Sequence record: LC680884.1 | DNA length: 64,000 nt | Strand: one strand, 5' to 3' | In this document: in pieces, positions 9,078 through 18,600 of the stretch | How positions within the stretch are numbered: position 1 is the stretch's first letter | Layout of the letters: every line of letters starts with the position of its first letter | Translations under genes and position numbers: made by a program | The notes under the pieces: model-generated | What the model was told of the DNA's origin: nothing | Databases searched by the model: none | Seen by the model: only the letters and a program-made list of their open reading frames with translations

Positions 9078-10973
9078 TTAAAGTAGTTTATCTAAAATTG
9101 AAGATTTTGTTTTATTAAATGTATCATAATCTAGTGTAGTTAGCTGTTTCTTAACTTGCTCAAATAATAATGATCTTGATAGACTATCTCCCTTTAAATT
9201 AGCATCTGTAATACGGAAGATTTCATAATCCGGCATTTTATCATTTTTAAATTGTGTTCTATCTGAATCATCTAGTTTCATCATTTCTCTAATGATTAAC
9301 TCTGAATGAACAGACTGAATATTGATACCTGATTCATTTAAGAGGTAAATAAAATAGTTTACCACTTCATTAACATTATGATCTTTAATATATTTATTAG
9401 TTTCAATAAGATCTTTAATTTCCCTTAATGGTTTTGATAATTCGTTATTATCCATGATGAATGTTGCAAAACTATCGCCTTCATCAAGCTTATTTAATGG
9501 AATTTCAAATTGCATTTCTTCTATATTATAAAAGCTTTCATCAAGTTGTTTCTTAAGGTCTTTATTTAGGAATAATCTCATTGGTGAACTAATAGAAATA
9601 AATCTATTACCACTTTTTAAAGTAAATGTATCAAATACTTGTTCTTCTGTTTCCTCATCTTCTTTAAAATCATCTTCTTTAATAATAACCGTTCCATTAT
9701 AAACTTTAGGATAAATTAAGTTTCTGTTTACGATAAAGTTCTCTTCAAAATTAGTTCCCCAATCGATCTTAGAAGACCGAGTCTCTAGTAAGTGTTTTGC
9801 ACTTAATAAACGCTGAGTTAATGGATCTGTTAATAGTAGAACTGCAATCATGCCAATATTTAAATCTTTATTGATATCAAACAATTTACCATAACATTTA
9901 CGACAAACGCCTTCATTAGATGCACAAGTAGTTGGAGAAGGAATTTTTATTACCTGTCCAATTAGACTTTCATCATTAATATCAATTTCAACTAATTCAC
10001 CATTATTATTTAAATAACTTCTTTTAGAGAATCTTTTTAGAACATCTTTATTCTCAACATTAATTGAAAGATAGTTGTTTTCATGGCTTCCACAATCATC
10101 TAAATCAATTAATTTTGTATCCATCAATAACATACTAATTTTTCTTGTTAGATAGCCAGAGTTTCTTACTTGTTGATAGTTTGTGATTAAAGCTTTTCTT
10201 GCCCCTAAAGCATTAATATAGAAAGACCGTACATCTAATCCTCTTAGGAAACTAGTATTAATTGGATAAGGAATAATTTTACCAAATAAATCCGGTTTAG
10301 AACCTACTAATGATAATACTTGACCAAATTGTTTTGAGTTAATACCAGCACCTGAATCAATGTAATATCTTAGCATATTATCAGTTTCAGAAAGAATTTT
10401 CATAATTTCATCTAAATTCTTTTTAATAATAGCCTCAATATCATTAAACTCTAATGCCTCATCATTTGGTAAACGATAATGTAATAGTTCTCTAAATCTC
10501 TTTACTTTATTTCCCAAATCAATAAGTGATTTAATAGAAACTGTATTACCAAATGTTACGTTAATATCCCCAGAGAAAATTGCTAACTCACTAATAACAT
10601 CTTTAATAATAGATTTAATTTCATTACTGTAACTAAAATGTTCTAGCAATGTAGTATAATAATTTTGGTATTCTTTTAAATCAGATAGATCAAATAATAA
10701 ATCTTCAGTCATTGGTACTTTAAAGTGATTAAATGGTCTTGCAACAATTAATAATGTGATTAGATTTCCATATGTAATTTCATATGTTTCCCCATCAACA
10801 ACTAAATCAATGAATTCATCTTTAAGAAAGTCATTTTTAGCAAATTCAGAAGTATTACTATACTTTACTTTCTTAGATGCCATATCATTAATTATTTCTT
10901 CTTTGATATCCTCTTTAATTTTTTCATACTCATTTGATAATAGAATATCATTTAAATTATAAGTCTTTTCCAA
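9078..10973 (-). CDS. rpoC: Non-virion RNA polymerase beta-prime subunit, C-terminal half (AR9 gp154-like)
   Basis: Bridge helix GARKALITNYQQVRNSGYLTRK, zinc site DDCGS..SPTTC..VCRKCYG, trigger-loop region LTDPLTQRLLSAKH. 631 aa, TTG start with SD GGAGGG. Confidence 0.95.
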   Translation of the reverse strand: MEKTYNLNDILLSNEYEKIKEDIKEEIINDMASKKVKYSNTSEFAKNDFLKDEFIDLVVDGETYEITYGNLITLLIVARPFNHFKVPMTEDLLFDLSDLKEYQNYYTTLLEHFSYSNEIKSIIKDVISELAIFSGDINVTFGNTVSIKSLIDLGNKVKRFRELLHYRLPNDEALEFNDIEAIIKKNLDEIMKILSETDNMLRYYIDSGAGINSKQFGQVLSLVGSKPDLFGKIIPYPINTSFLRGLDVRSFYINALGARKALITNYQQVRNSGYLTRKISMLLMDTKLIDLDDCGSHENNYLSINVENKDVLKRFSKRSYLNNNGELVEIDINDESLIGQVIKIPSPTTCASNEGVCRKCYGKLFDINKDLNIGMIAVLLLTDPLTQRLLSAKHLLETRSSKIDWGTNFEENFIVNRNLIYPKVYNGTVIIKEDDFKEDEETEEQVFDTFTLKSGNRFISISSPMRLFLNKDLKKQLDESFYNIEEMQFEIPLNKLDEGDSFATFIMDNNELSKPLREIKDLIETNKYIKDHNVNEVVNYFIYLLNESGINIQSVHSELIIREMMKLDDSDRTQFKNDKMPDYEIFRITDANLKGDSLSRSLLFEQVKKQLTTLDYDTFNKTKSSILDKLL

Positions 10974-11027
10974 TGATGATCCCTCCGTTGATTAATTATA
11001 ACATGAAACATGGAAAAATACAAGTTA

Positions 11028-11040
11028 ATAATATATATTT
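11028..11040 (-). promoter_or_regulatory. Early (vRNAP-type) promoter motif AAATATATATTAT
   Basis: Identical 13-mer also at 28481, 55950 and 58745, each upstream of an early or replication gene. Confidence 0.7.
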
Positions 11041-11106
11041 ACATCACTTTTTATGTTTTTTAATATCTTAAAAATAACTAAGTATTATATGTAAACGGCA
11101 TATAAG

Positions 11107-11140
11107 TATCCTTAAGATCTTTAATAAGATCTTAAGGATA
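11107..11140. terminator. Terminator hairpin
   Basis: TATCCTTAAGATCTT-TAAT-AAGATCTTAAGGATA downstream of 11219..11518. Confidence 0.7.
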
Positions 11141-11218
11141 ATTTAAAATTATTCTTCACTTTCAAATCTGATTACATTAATAGTAATCTTTCTCATTCAT
11201 ATTTCTATGATCCGAAAA

Positions 11219-11518
11219 TTAACGAGATTGTTTAGCTTGTTGTTGCTGTTTAAGGAACTCACGGACTTTAGCTTGACCTTTAGCACCATATTTTTGTTGA
11301 ATTTGAGAACGGAAATGGCGTTTTTGTTTAGCCGCTTTAACATATTTTTGATAAATTGGATCGTTAGCATCTTTAGCCGCTAATAGTGTAGCCTGAGTAA
11401 GCAAACGTTTTTTAAGAGTTTGTTTATCCATACGAACTACGTTAGCTTCTTGAAAAGTTTGCTCAAGAATAATATCACTAGTATTTGACTCAGTGAGTAA
11501 GTTGAAGAATGATGACAT
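11219..11518 (-). CDS. Small late protein, probable head component
   Basis: 99 aa, SD AAAGGAAAGTGA, late promoter at 11547..11558, N-terminal LLTE/IILE motifs followed by a basic body. Confidence 0.6.
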   Translation of the reverse strand: MSSFFNLLTESNTSDIILEQTFQEANVVRMDKQTLKKRLLTQATLLAAKDANDPIYQKYVKAAKQKRHFRSQIQQKYGAKGQAKVREFLKQQQQAKQSR

Positions 11519-11546
11519 TAAAAATCACTTTCCTTTCAGATTAATA

Positions 11547-11558
11547 TAATTAAATGTT
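11547..11558 (-). promoter_or_regulatory. Late promoter AACA-N6-TA
   Basis: AACA-TTTAAT-TA on the minus strand. Confidence 0.75.
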
Positions 11559-11608
11559 TATTTGAAATAAATACTTTTATATTTAATTGTTTAAATAAAA
11601 ACCTTTTT

Positions 11609-11621
11609 AAAAATATATTAT
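11609..11621 (+). promoter_or_regulatory. Early-type promoter motif
   Basis: AAAAATATATTAT upstream of the PolB catalytic-half gene. Confidence 0.55.
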
Positions 11622-11705
11622 TATATTGATTAGTTATTTTTAATCTTAGATATTTTTAAGAGAAATAATAACTAAAAATTGATAAACACTTGGGAGGAGA
11701 AAAAT

Positions 11706-13631
11706 TTGCAGGAAACTAAAGATTATGTAAATTCATATCCAAATTTCTTAGAAAAATATAAAGAACAGGCAAAGAAACAATTACTTCTTTCATTTCCTGA
11801 TATTAGAGAAGAAGAGATTGAAGAATTTTTAGACAAGGAAATTAATAGTACTATTCAAGGTAAAAATGTTGTATTTAATGATGGTGAGCAAAAAAGTGTA
11901 AAAAATTTATTAAGTGTTACTGAATGGTTAGAAGAAAAGAAACCAATAATTACTGGTTACGGAGCATTCTATAGAAAACATAATGAAGGTGTAAATTTAC
12001 TTTCTGATATGGTTGATTACTTGCTGGTATCACGTAAGAAAGTAAAAAAAGAAATGTTTGAGCATGTTAATGATGAAGATAGAACGGAATATAATAATTT
12101 AGATTTAATGCAAAAAACCTTTAAACTTCTTGCTAACTCATTTTATGGAGCAACAGTTGAGAAAAATAGTATCTTCTTTAATCAAAACTTTGGTCCAAGT
12201 ATTACATATAGTGGTGTAATTATTATTACGACTGCTGTAAATGCATTTGAGAATTTTATGTCTAATAACTTTCACTTTGAAAATCTAAATGACGTTCTTC
12301 TATACATTAATAATATTCAAGAACAGAAATATGTATATACACACATTATTAATAGAAATATTGAAAGCGGAGAATTATTACAATATCTCCTACGTAAATG
12401 GAGAAATAGAAATGATTCAGATGTAAAGGTTCTTTCAGATATTATTGAGAGAATGGATCAACAAACACTTAACAAAATTTATTATAAAAATAATCTTTAT
12501 GAATTCTTAGGTAATAATGAGATCTCTAATCTTTTAGGAAAAGTAATTAATAAAGAATTTTTAGATCCAAATGATCCACCTAAAGATATTAAAGATTCAC
12601 TAGAAATGTTATGGACATATATTCAAGAATGGGTTTTATATAATCATTTAAGTTTCTATCGTTATGAAAATGCAGAGAATGAAAAGAGACAAACAGTATT
12701 AGTAGTAGATACTGACTCAAACTTCTTAATGTTAGATCCATTTTATAAATACTTAAAAGAAAATTACCCAGATAATGTAGACGAGACGGATGAAGGTAAA
12801 GTAAGTGTTGTTAATATTGCATCATATTTATTGGCAAAGGTAATTGAAAATGTTTATTGGAAAATGACATCTGAACTAAATATTCCTTCTGAAAAACGTC
12901 CTATTATCAATATGAAAAATGAATTTTTCTATAAACGTCTAATGCTTACTCGTAATAAGAAAAGTTATGCTGGTAAATTAATCATGCAAGAAGGTCGTAT
13001 GTTTGAAAAGCCTAAACTTGATATTAAGGGTTTAGCTATTAGAAAAGTAAGTGTAAACAAAAATGTAAGAGACTACTTTACTGAAATGCTGGATAAAAAT
13101 ATTTTATCTTCTGATAAAATTGATTTAAGTAAAGTATTTGGGAACTTTGTTCATTTACAAAATGAAATTGCTAATTCATTGATGAATGGAGAAATTACTT
13201 ATACACTTCCTTCCAAGGCTAATGAGATTGAATCATATGCTAATCCTTATGCAATGCAATCTATTAGAGGAACTATTATTTGGAATGAATTATTTCCTGA
13301 TAATGAAATTGTGTTACCTACCAAAGTAAATCTGATTAAATTGACAACTGAGAGTTTAAACGATTTAGCAGGTAAAATACCAATGGATGTCTATAAAACT
13401 ATTAAAGAAACTATTTATGATAATGAAAATCTTTCTAAGTATGGTTTTACAATCCTGTGTTTACCAAAATCAATCAAAAAATTACCTGAGTGGGTTACTC
13501 CATTTATTGATATTGAAACAATGGTTAACGACCATATTAAGAGTGGTATGATTATGTTAGAATCTTTAGGATTTAAAATACTAGAAACAACTAAACAGAC
13601 ACAATTTCCAACCAATATCTTAACATTCTAA
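11706..13631 (+). CDS. polB: Family B DNA polymerase, C-terminal catalytic part (motifs B and C, thumb)
   Basis: Motif B KLLANSFYG, motif C VVDTDSNF, KKSYAG, KLDIKGL. Start moved to the TTG at 11706 after SD GGGAGGAG. Confidence 0.93.
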   Translation: MQETKDYVNSYPNFLEKYKEQAKKQLLLSFPDIREEEIEEFLDKEINSTIQGKNVVFNDGEQKSVKNLLSVTEWLEEKKPIITGYGAFYRKHNEGVNLLSDMVDYLLVSRKKVKKEMFEHVNDEDRTEYNNLDLMQKTFKLLANSFYGATVEKNSIFFNQNFGPSITYSGVIIITTAVNAFENFMSNNFHFENLNDVLLYINNIQEQKYVYTHIINRNIESGELLQYLLRKWRNRNDSDVKVLSDIIERMDQQTLNKIYYKNNLYEFLGNNEISNLLGKVINKEFLDPNDPPKDIKDSLEMLWTYIQEWVLYNHLSFYRYENAENEKRQTVLVVDTDSNFLMLDPFYKYLKENYPDNVDETDEGKVSVVNIASYLLAKVIENVYWKMTSELNIPSEKRPIINMKNEFFYKRLMLTRNKKSYAGKLIMQEGRMFEKPKLDIKGLAIRKVSVNKNVRDYFTEMLDKNILSSDKIDLSKVFGNFVHLQNEIANSLMNGEITYTLPSKANEIESYANPYAMQSIRGTIIWNELFPDNEIVLPTKVNLIKLTTESLNDLAGKIPMDVYKTIKETIYDNENLSKYGFTILCLPKSIKKLPEWVTPFIDIETMVNDHIKSGMIMLESLGFKILETTKQTQFPTNILTF

Positions 13632-13710
13632 AAGCATTTATATTATTAGAATATAATGGTATTATTCTAATATTCCTTCGTGCATATTATAATTACAGGG
13701 AGAGGATTTA

Positions 13711-14436
13711 ATGTTTTCTATTAAAGAACCATTTTCAATTGTTACAGACTGCGATGAGGTATTAACTGACATTAGTCCTTTATGGGTTCATAAGATTCAG
13801 CAAAATGCTGATTATTTTGGAAAATACTTTGATTTAAGTAAACTAGAAGGATTGGAATTTGGTACATTTGAACATTATCAAACAGTACTATCACGACCAG
13901 AATTTCATTTAAATAAATGGCTAAGAAAAGAAAATCTTGTATTATCAGATGAAGAAGAAAAAGAATTATTTGAAAGATTTTATTCGTTATATGATAATGA
14001 TGAATTTTATGAAGATTGTATGCCAACTAAAATGTGTGAAGGAATTTATAAATTATCATTACAAAAATTCGTAGATAAAATCTATGTTGTAACAAGAACA
14101 AGTGAAGGAACCAAAGAAGGAAAAAGAAAATTTATTGAAACTTTCTTAAATTCTAATAAAGTAGAGATTATTTTTGTTGGGAAAAATGAAAAGAAATCAG
14201 ATTATATTAAGAATCTAAAGAATGTAAAAATGATTGTAGAAGATGAATTATCAAATATTAATGATATTGTAGAAAATTGTAATGATGGTTTTGAAGAAGT
14301 AGATATTTATATTCCATCAACTGGTTATAACAATAAAGATATTGATGGTTTTAATGAAAATCTAATGAAAAAAGGATTTAATGCCGTTCCATATGTAATT
14401 ATAGAAAGACCAGAAACAGAAGAGAAAGCAGTATAA
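13711..14436 (+). CDS. HAD-family 5'(3')-deoxyribonucleotidase (NT5C-like), candidate dTMP phosphatase
   Basis: HAD motif I TDCDEVLTD, motif II VVTR, motifs III/IV EKKSDY..MIVEDELSNI. Confidence 0.8.
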   Translation: MFSIKEPFSIVTDCDEVLTDISPLWVHKIQQNADYFGKYFDLSKLEGLEFGTFEHYQTVLSRPEFHLNKWLRKENLVLSDEEEKELFERFYSLYDNDEFYEDCMPTKMCEGIYKLSLQKFVDKIYVVTRTSEGTKEGKRKFIETFLNSNKVEIIFVGKNEKKSDYIKNLKNVKMIVEDELSNINDIVENCNDGFEEVDIYIPSTGYNNKDIDGFNENLMKKGFNAVPYVIIERPETEEKAV

Positions 14437-14440
14437 AATG

Positions 14441-14468
14441 ACATAAGAGACTTATAAGTCTCTTATGT
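14441..14468 (+). terminator. Perfect 28-bp palindrome, terminator
   Basis: ACATAAGAGACTTA|TAAGTCTCTTATGT followed by a T-run. Confidence 0.8.
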
Positions 14469-14500
14469 TTTTATTTTTTGTCTACAAAGGAGAGAATAAG

Positions 14501-14722
14501 ATGAATCCATCTAGTCAATTAAATCCTGCTAATCCAACAAGTCCTTTAAATCCTACCAGTCCAAATAATTTATTAAGTCCTACACATCCTGTTAACTACC
14601 TCTATGAAGATGATAAAAGTAGTACAATTCTTCATTTAAGTGATCCTATTATATACATTCCCTTTGGAATTATTTTAATAATCATTATTATTTTATTTTA
14701 TCTTTTATTTAAAGAATTATAA
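14501..14722 (+). CDS. Small membrane protein with N-terminal NPxSP repeats
   Basis: SD AAAGGAGAG gives a start at 14501. Contains LNPANPTSPLNPTSPNNLLSP and a C-terminal hydrophobic helix. Confidence 0.7.
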   Translation: MNPSSQLNPANPTSPLNPTSPNNLLSPTHPVNYLYEDDKSSTILHLSDPIIYIPFGIILIIIIILFYLLFKEL

Positions 14723-14772
14723 AATTTGAGAAACAAAACTATATAAATATTAAATAGAAATGGGGAAAAATA

Positions 14773-15234
14773 ATGGGAAGAGAGAATGGACAATATAATA
14801 TTGAAGAAGCAAAAAGATTAATTGGAGAGACTGATCTGTCTTATTCTGATATTTCTAAAAAGACTGGGGTAAAATATCAAACAGTACAATATCATGGTTC
14901 AAAAATTAGAGGTAAGAGACCACGAAAAGAAAGTATGCATGGTGAGGTAATCACTAGAAAAATGACTCCAGAAGAAGAAATTAGATATGGAGTTAGAAAA
15001 CCTTTAAATTATACAGAAGAAAAGGATAATGTAAAGGGAATTACACCAACTCACATAGTTAATGAATCTTTAAATAAACCAATTGAAAAGAAATTTGATA
15101 GTGGTTCTATAAGTTTAAACATCCAAGATATTAATATTGACAATATTGATGAACAATTTGAAAGAATTAAAAATACTATTAAAAGCTTTGGAATTAAAGA
15201 GATTTCAGTAACAATTGAATCATATAATCATTGA
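14773..15234 (+). CDS. HTH DNA-binding protein
   Basis: EEAKRLIGETDLSYSDISKKTGVKYQTVQYH. Confidence 0.7.
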   Translation: MGRENGQYNIEEAKRLIGETDLSYSDISKKTGVKYQTVQYHGSKIRGKRPRKESMHGEVITRKMTPEEEIRYGVRKPLNYTEEKDNVKGITPTHIVNESLNKPIEKKFDSGSISLNIQDINIDNIDEQFERIKNTIKSFGIKEISVTIESYNH

Positions 15235-15262
15235 TCAAAAATATAATAAAAAGGACTAATAT

Positions 15263-15526
15263 ATGAAATACTTAAATGAAAACTTTTATTTAACTATTGT
15301 TAAAGGATATAAAAAATCAGAATTATTATGCGGAGAAACTACTAAAGATGTAATAAATAAGCTTGATACATTAAATAAAATGTCTGATCCTAAAAAACCA
15401 ACTCTCATTAAAAGACTAATTTATTTAAAAGATAATAGATCAATTGATTGTATTATTGTAAACGACTCAGTTAGTAACAGTATTAGAATTATGCCATTGG
15501 GAAATGAAAAAATTGAATTTAAATAA
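15263..15526 (+). CDS. Hypothetical protein
   Basis: 87 aa, SD AAAGGA. Confidence 0.6.
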   Translation: MKYLNENFYLTIVKGYKKSELLCGETTKDVINKLDTLNKMSDPKKPTLIKRLIYLKDNRSIDCIIVNDSVSNSIRIMPLGNEKIEFK

Positions 15527-15554
15527 AATATGAAGGTTAATCCCTTCATATTTT
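15525..15554 (+). terminator. Terminator hairpin
   Basis: AAAATATGAAGG-TTAATC-CCTTCATATTTT plus a T-run. Confidence 0.8.
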
Positions 15555-15581
15555 TTTTTTGTTCATTTCTCTTAAACCGTT

Positions 15582-15593
15582 AACAAATTATTA
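15582..15593 (+). promoter_or_regulatory. Late promoter for the vRNAP beta-prime N gene
   Basis: AACA-AATTAT-TA. Confidence 0.75.
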
Positions 15594-15614
15594 TAATAGT
15601 AGGAGGGAAATTAA

Positions 15615-18600
15615 ATGAAAATAGATACATTAAATATAGATAAATTTATTACTTCTCATGCATGTAAAGAAGTAACAAATCCGGTTTACTTTAATATGGG
15701 AAATATACCAACTGAAGATGGATTATTTTCAACTAGTATTTTTGGTTATCCGGGAAGTAAAGAAAGAAAAATAATTTTTGGTTATATAGACTTAAAGAGA
15801 AAATTTCTCCATCCAGTAATTTATAAGCTTCTAACCTCTATGGATCGAAAAATTGCAGATTGTCTATCTGGAAAAAAATATTTTAAAGTTGAGGGCGGTA
15901 GGTTAGTTGAAGATAAAGATAATGGTAAAACTGGAGTTACCTATTTTTATACTATTTATGACCAATTAAAATTTAGTAATACTGGAACTGATAGAAGAAC
16001 AAGTTATCTTACATTATTAAATAAACTTGGTAAGGATGATATATTTATTGACAAATATTTAGTGATTCCGGCATTTTATAGAGATTATAATCCCTCAAAA
16101 TCTTCTAATGATACGATTAAAGCTGTTGATGAAGTGAATGACAAATATGCTAAATTAATTAGGTATAGCCAATCAATTTCTAAGGGTGAAGATTATGATT
16201 TTATGGGAGTAATAACAGAATCATCTATTCAGACTCTTTTATATGATATCTATGACTATTTTACATCCTCTTTAGCTGGTAAAAATGGTATGTTCCATCA
16301 AAACTCTTTAGGTAAATCTGTTGATTATGCAACTCGTAGTGTAATCTCAGCACCACGATTTAAGTCAAATAGCTGGAAGGATAACCCTATTAGATTTGGA
16401 TGGACTGGTATTCCCCTATCACAATTAGTGGTAGAATTTTATCCATTCTTTCTTAAATATATCCAAGATTATATTCTTGAACGTGAATCAGAACTTAGTA
16501 AATTTAAGCATAATGGAAAAGAGATAACTATCAGTAATATAAGAGAGCAGTTCTCTGAAGAAGCAGTAAAAAAGATGATCTCATTATACATTAAGTCTAT
16601 TGAAAGTCGTTTTAATAGTTTAATGATTAAAGATGATAAGGGGAATGAAATTCCTATTCCATTATATAGAGAAGAACTAGGGCGTAACTTTACATTAACT
16701 GATATTCTATTCATTGCGGCAGTTGATATTACCAAAGATAAACATGTATATGTAACAAGGTATCCAATAGAGCAGTATCGTATGTGACGTTCTCCTATAA
16801 GCATTTAATGTGAAATGGAGTAGATTTTATAATCTAAACTGTAAATGAGAACAAGTAAAAGATATGACCATTTTCATTGAAGACTTGTCGCTAATACTCC
16901 TACATGCATCTATTTTAAACTATATAAAATATTTGTATGAAGTTAGGTGAAGTCATCTGAATATTAGTAGTACTATAATACTAATAGATAGGGTGGGCGG
17001 TGCTATAATATGATGAGGAACACGAACCTTTTTATACTATATAAATTCAGGGTTTAGTAATACGGTACTGGTGAACGACCTGATTGTAAAGTGTGGTACA
17101 ATAGAAGTTTATATAGGGCAGAAGGCATCTAAGTTATAGCTATACTATCATTTACGGAACGTCAGAGATTCTATATAAGAGAAATTATAGTTGATACTCT
17201 TATATAGAAAGTCAGCAGACCATAGTAGTTATGAAGATGGGTAACTCCATTGGAGCGAAGGGTCATAGTCAGTTTAATAAAAATAATCGAACAATCACAA
17301 AACATAATAATAAATAGTTATGTGGAGTGATTTTAATGAGAAAATTGGATAATACTTCATTTGATTTAAGACTAAATCAAATACTAAAAGGTTACAAACG
17401 AATTGGTGAATATATTAATTCTAAAACAAAAATTTTAATATTACATGAAATTTGTAATAAAGAATTTGAGGCAAGACCTTGTAACTTATTACAGGGTTAT
17501 GGATGTCCTCATTGTAATTCAAAAGAAAAGTTAACTACAGAAAAATTTATCAATAAGGTTAAGGAATTAGTAAAAGATGAATATACTGTTTTGTCTAATT
17601 ATAAAAATTATCATTCTAAGGTAACAATGCGTCATAATAAATGTAAATTCATTTATGAAGTCAAAGCAGGAAATTTTACATCTCTAGGGAGACGTTGTCC
17701 TAACTGTTCAGGACTTATTAAGAAAAATAAAGAATATGTTCAAGAACAGTTAGACAAAATAAATCCTAATGAGTATAAAGTGATTGGTGAGTATATAAAT
17801 AATGTAACTCCATTAGAAATAATACATTTAGAGTGTAATACTATTAATAAATTTTCATTAAAAAATATTACATCTAATAAATTTTCATGTAAAAACTGTA
17901 AAATGAGTAGTGGGGAATTATTAATAAAAAATATTTTAAATAATATGGGAACAGAATATACCTATCAAAAAACTTTTAAAGAATGTAAAGATAGAAAACC
18001 CTTACCTTTTGATTTTTTTGTAGAGGAATTTAATGCTATAATAGAATATGATGGTAGACAACATTTTCTTCCTATCTTTGGTAACGATGAAAATGACCGT
18101 ATTAAAAAATTAGAATTAATACAAAAACATGATAATATTAAAAATGATTTTTGTAAGAAATATAATTTACCAATTCTTAGAATTAAATATGATACACCAA
18201 TCGATAGTATACCAATTCTTATTAAAAAATTTTTATTAAATTGATGGAACGCCTTATGCGATGAAAGTCGCACGTAGGGTGTGAAGTGGGGGAAAAAGAG
18301 GAGATAAAATCAAATCTTTACCTATCACTATAGAATATTTATCCAAGTAAAATAAGAATTCTTTCAACAAAGGAAACACGACCTCAAAAGCTGGAAGATA
18401 GATACTTACCTGATTATCCTGTTATATACCCTGACTATCCCGCAGAGGATGAACTTTTTGTTGATACAGTAATTCCTTATAATGGTTATTTAAAGGCTTT
18501 AGGCGGAGACTACGATAAAAATTAATATTATTTCTTTTTAAGGGAATACAGTGTCAAATAAACAAATAATTATTAATTATTTGGAGGTATTAATGTATGC

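Larger units (their letters stand above)
16780..18331 (+). mobile_element. Group II intron (IIB-like) with an endonuclease ORF in domain IV and no reverse transcriptase
   Basis: 5' end GTATG. Domain V ACGCCTTATGCGATGAAAGTCGCACGTAGGGTGT at 18249..18282. Domain VI ends CCTATCACTAT. D3-like GAAAGTCAGCAGACCATAGTAG..GCGAAGGGTC. EBS1 GGTACTG (17064..17070) pairs with the exon end CAGTATC. Confidence 0.93.

Noticed and set aside
16469-18273. Minus-strand ORFs 16469..16804 and 17965..18273, plus other short nested or antisense ORFs in the track (e.g. 667..858, 6104..6319, 10756..10962, 34223..34420, 46094..46402, 56069..56359)
   Set aside because: All lie inside or opposite well-supported genes, lack an SD and have shadow-type composition.
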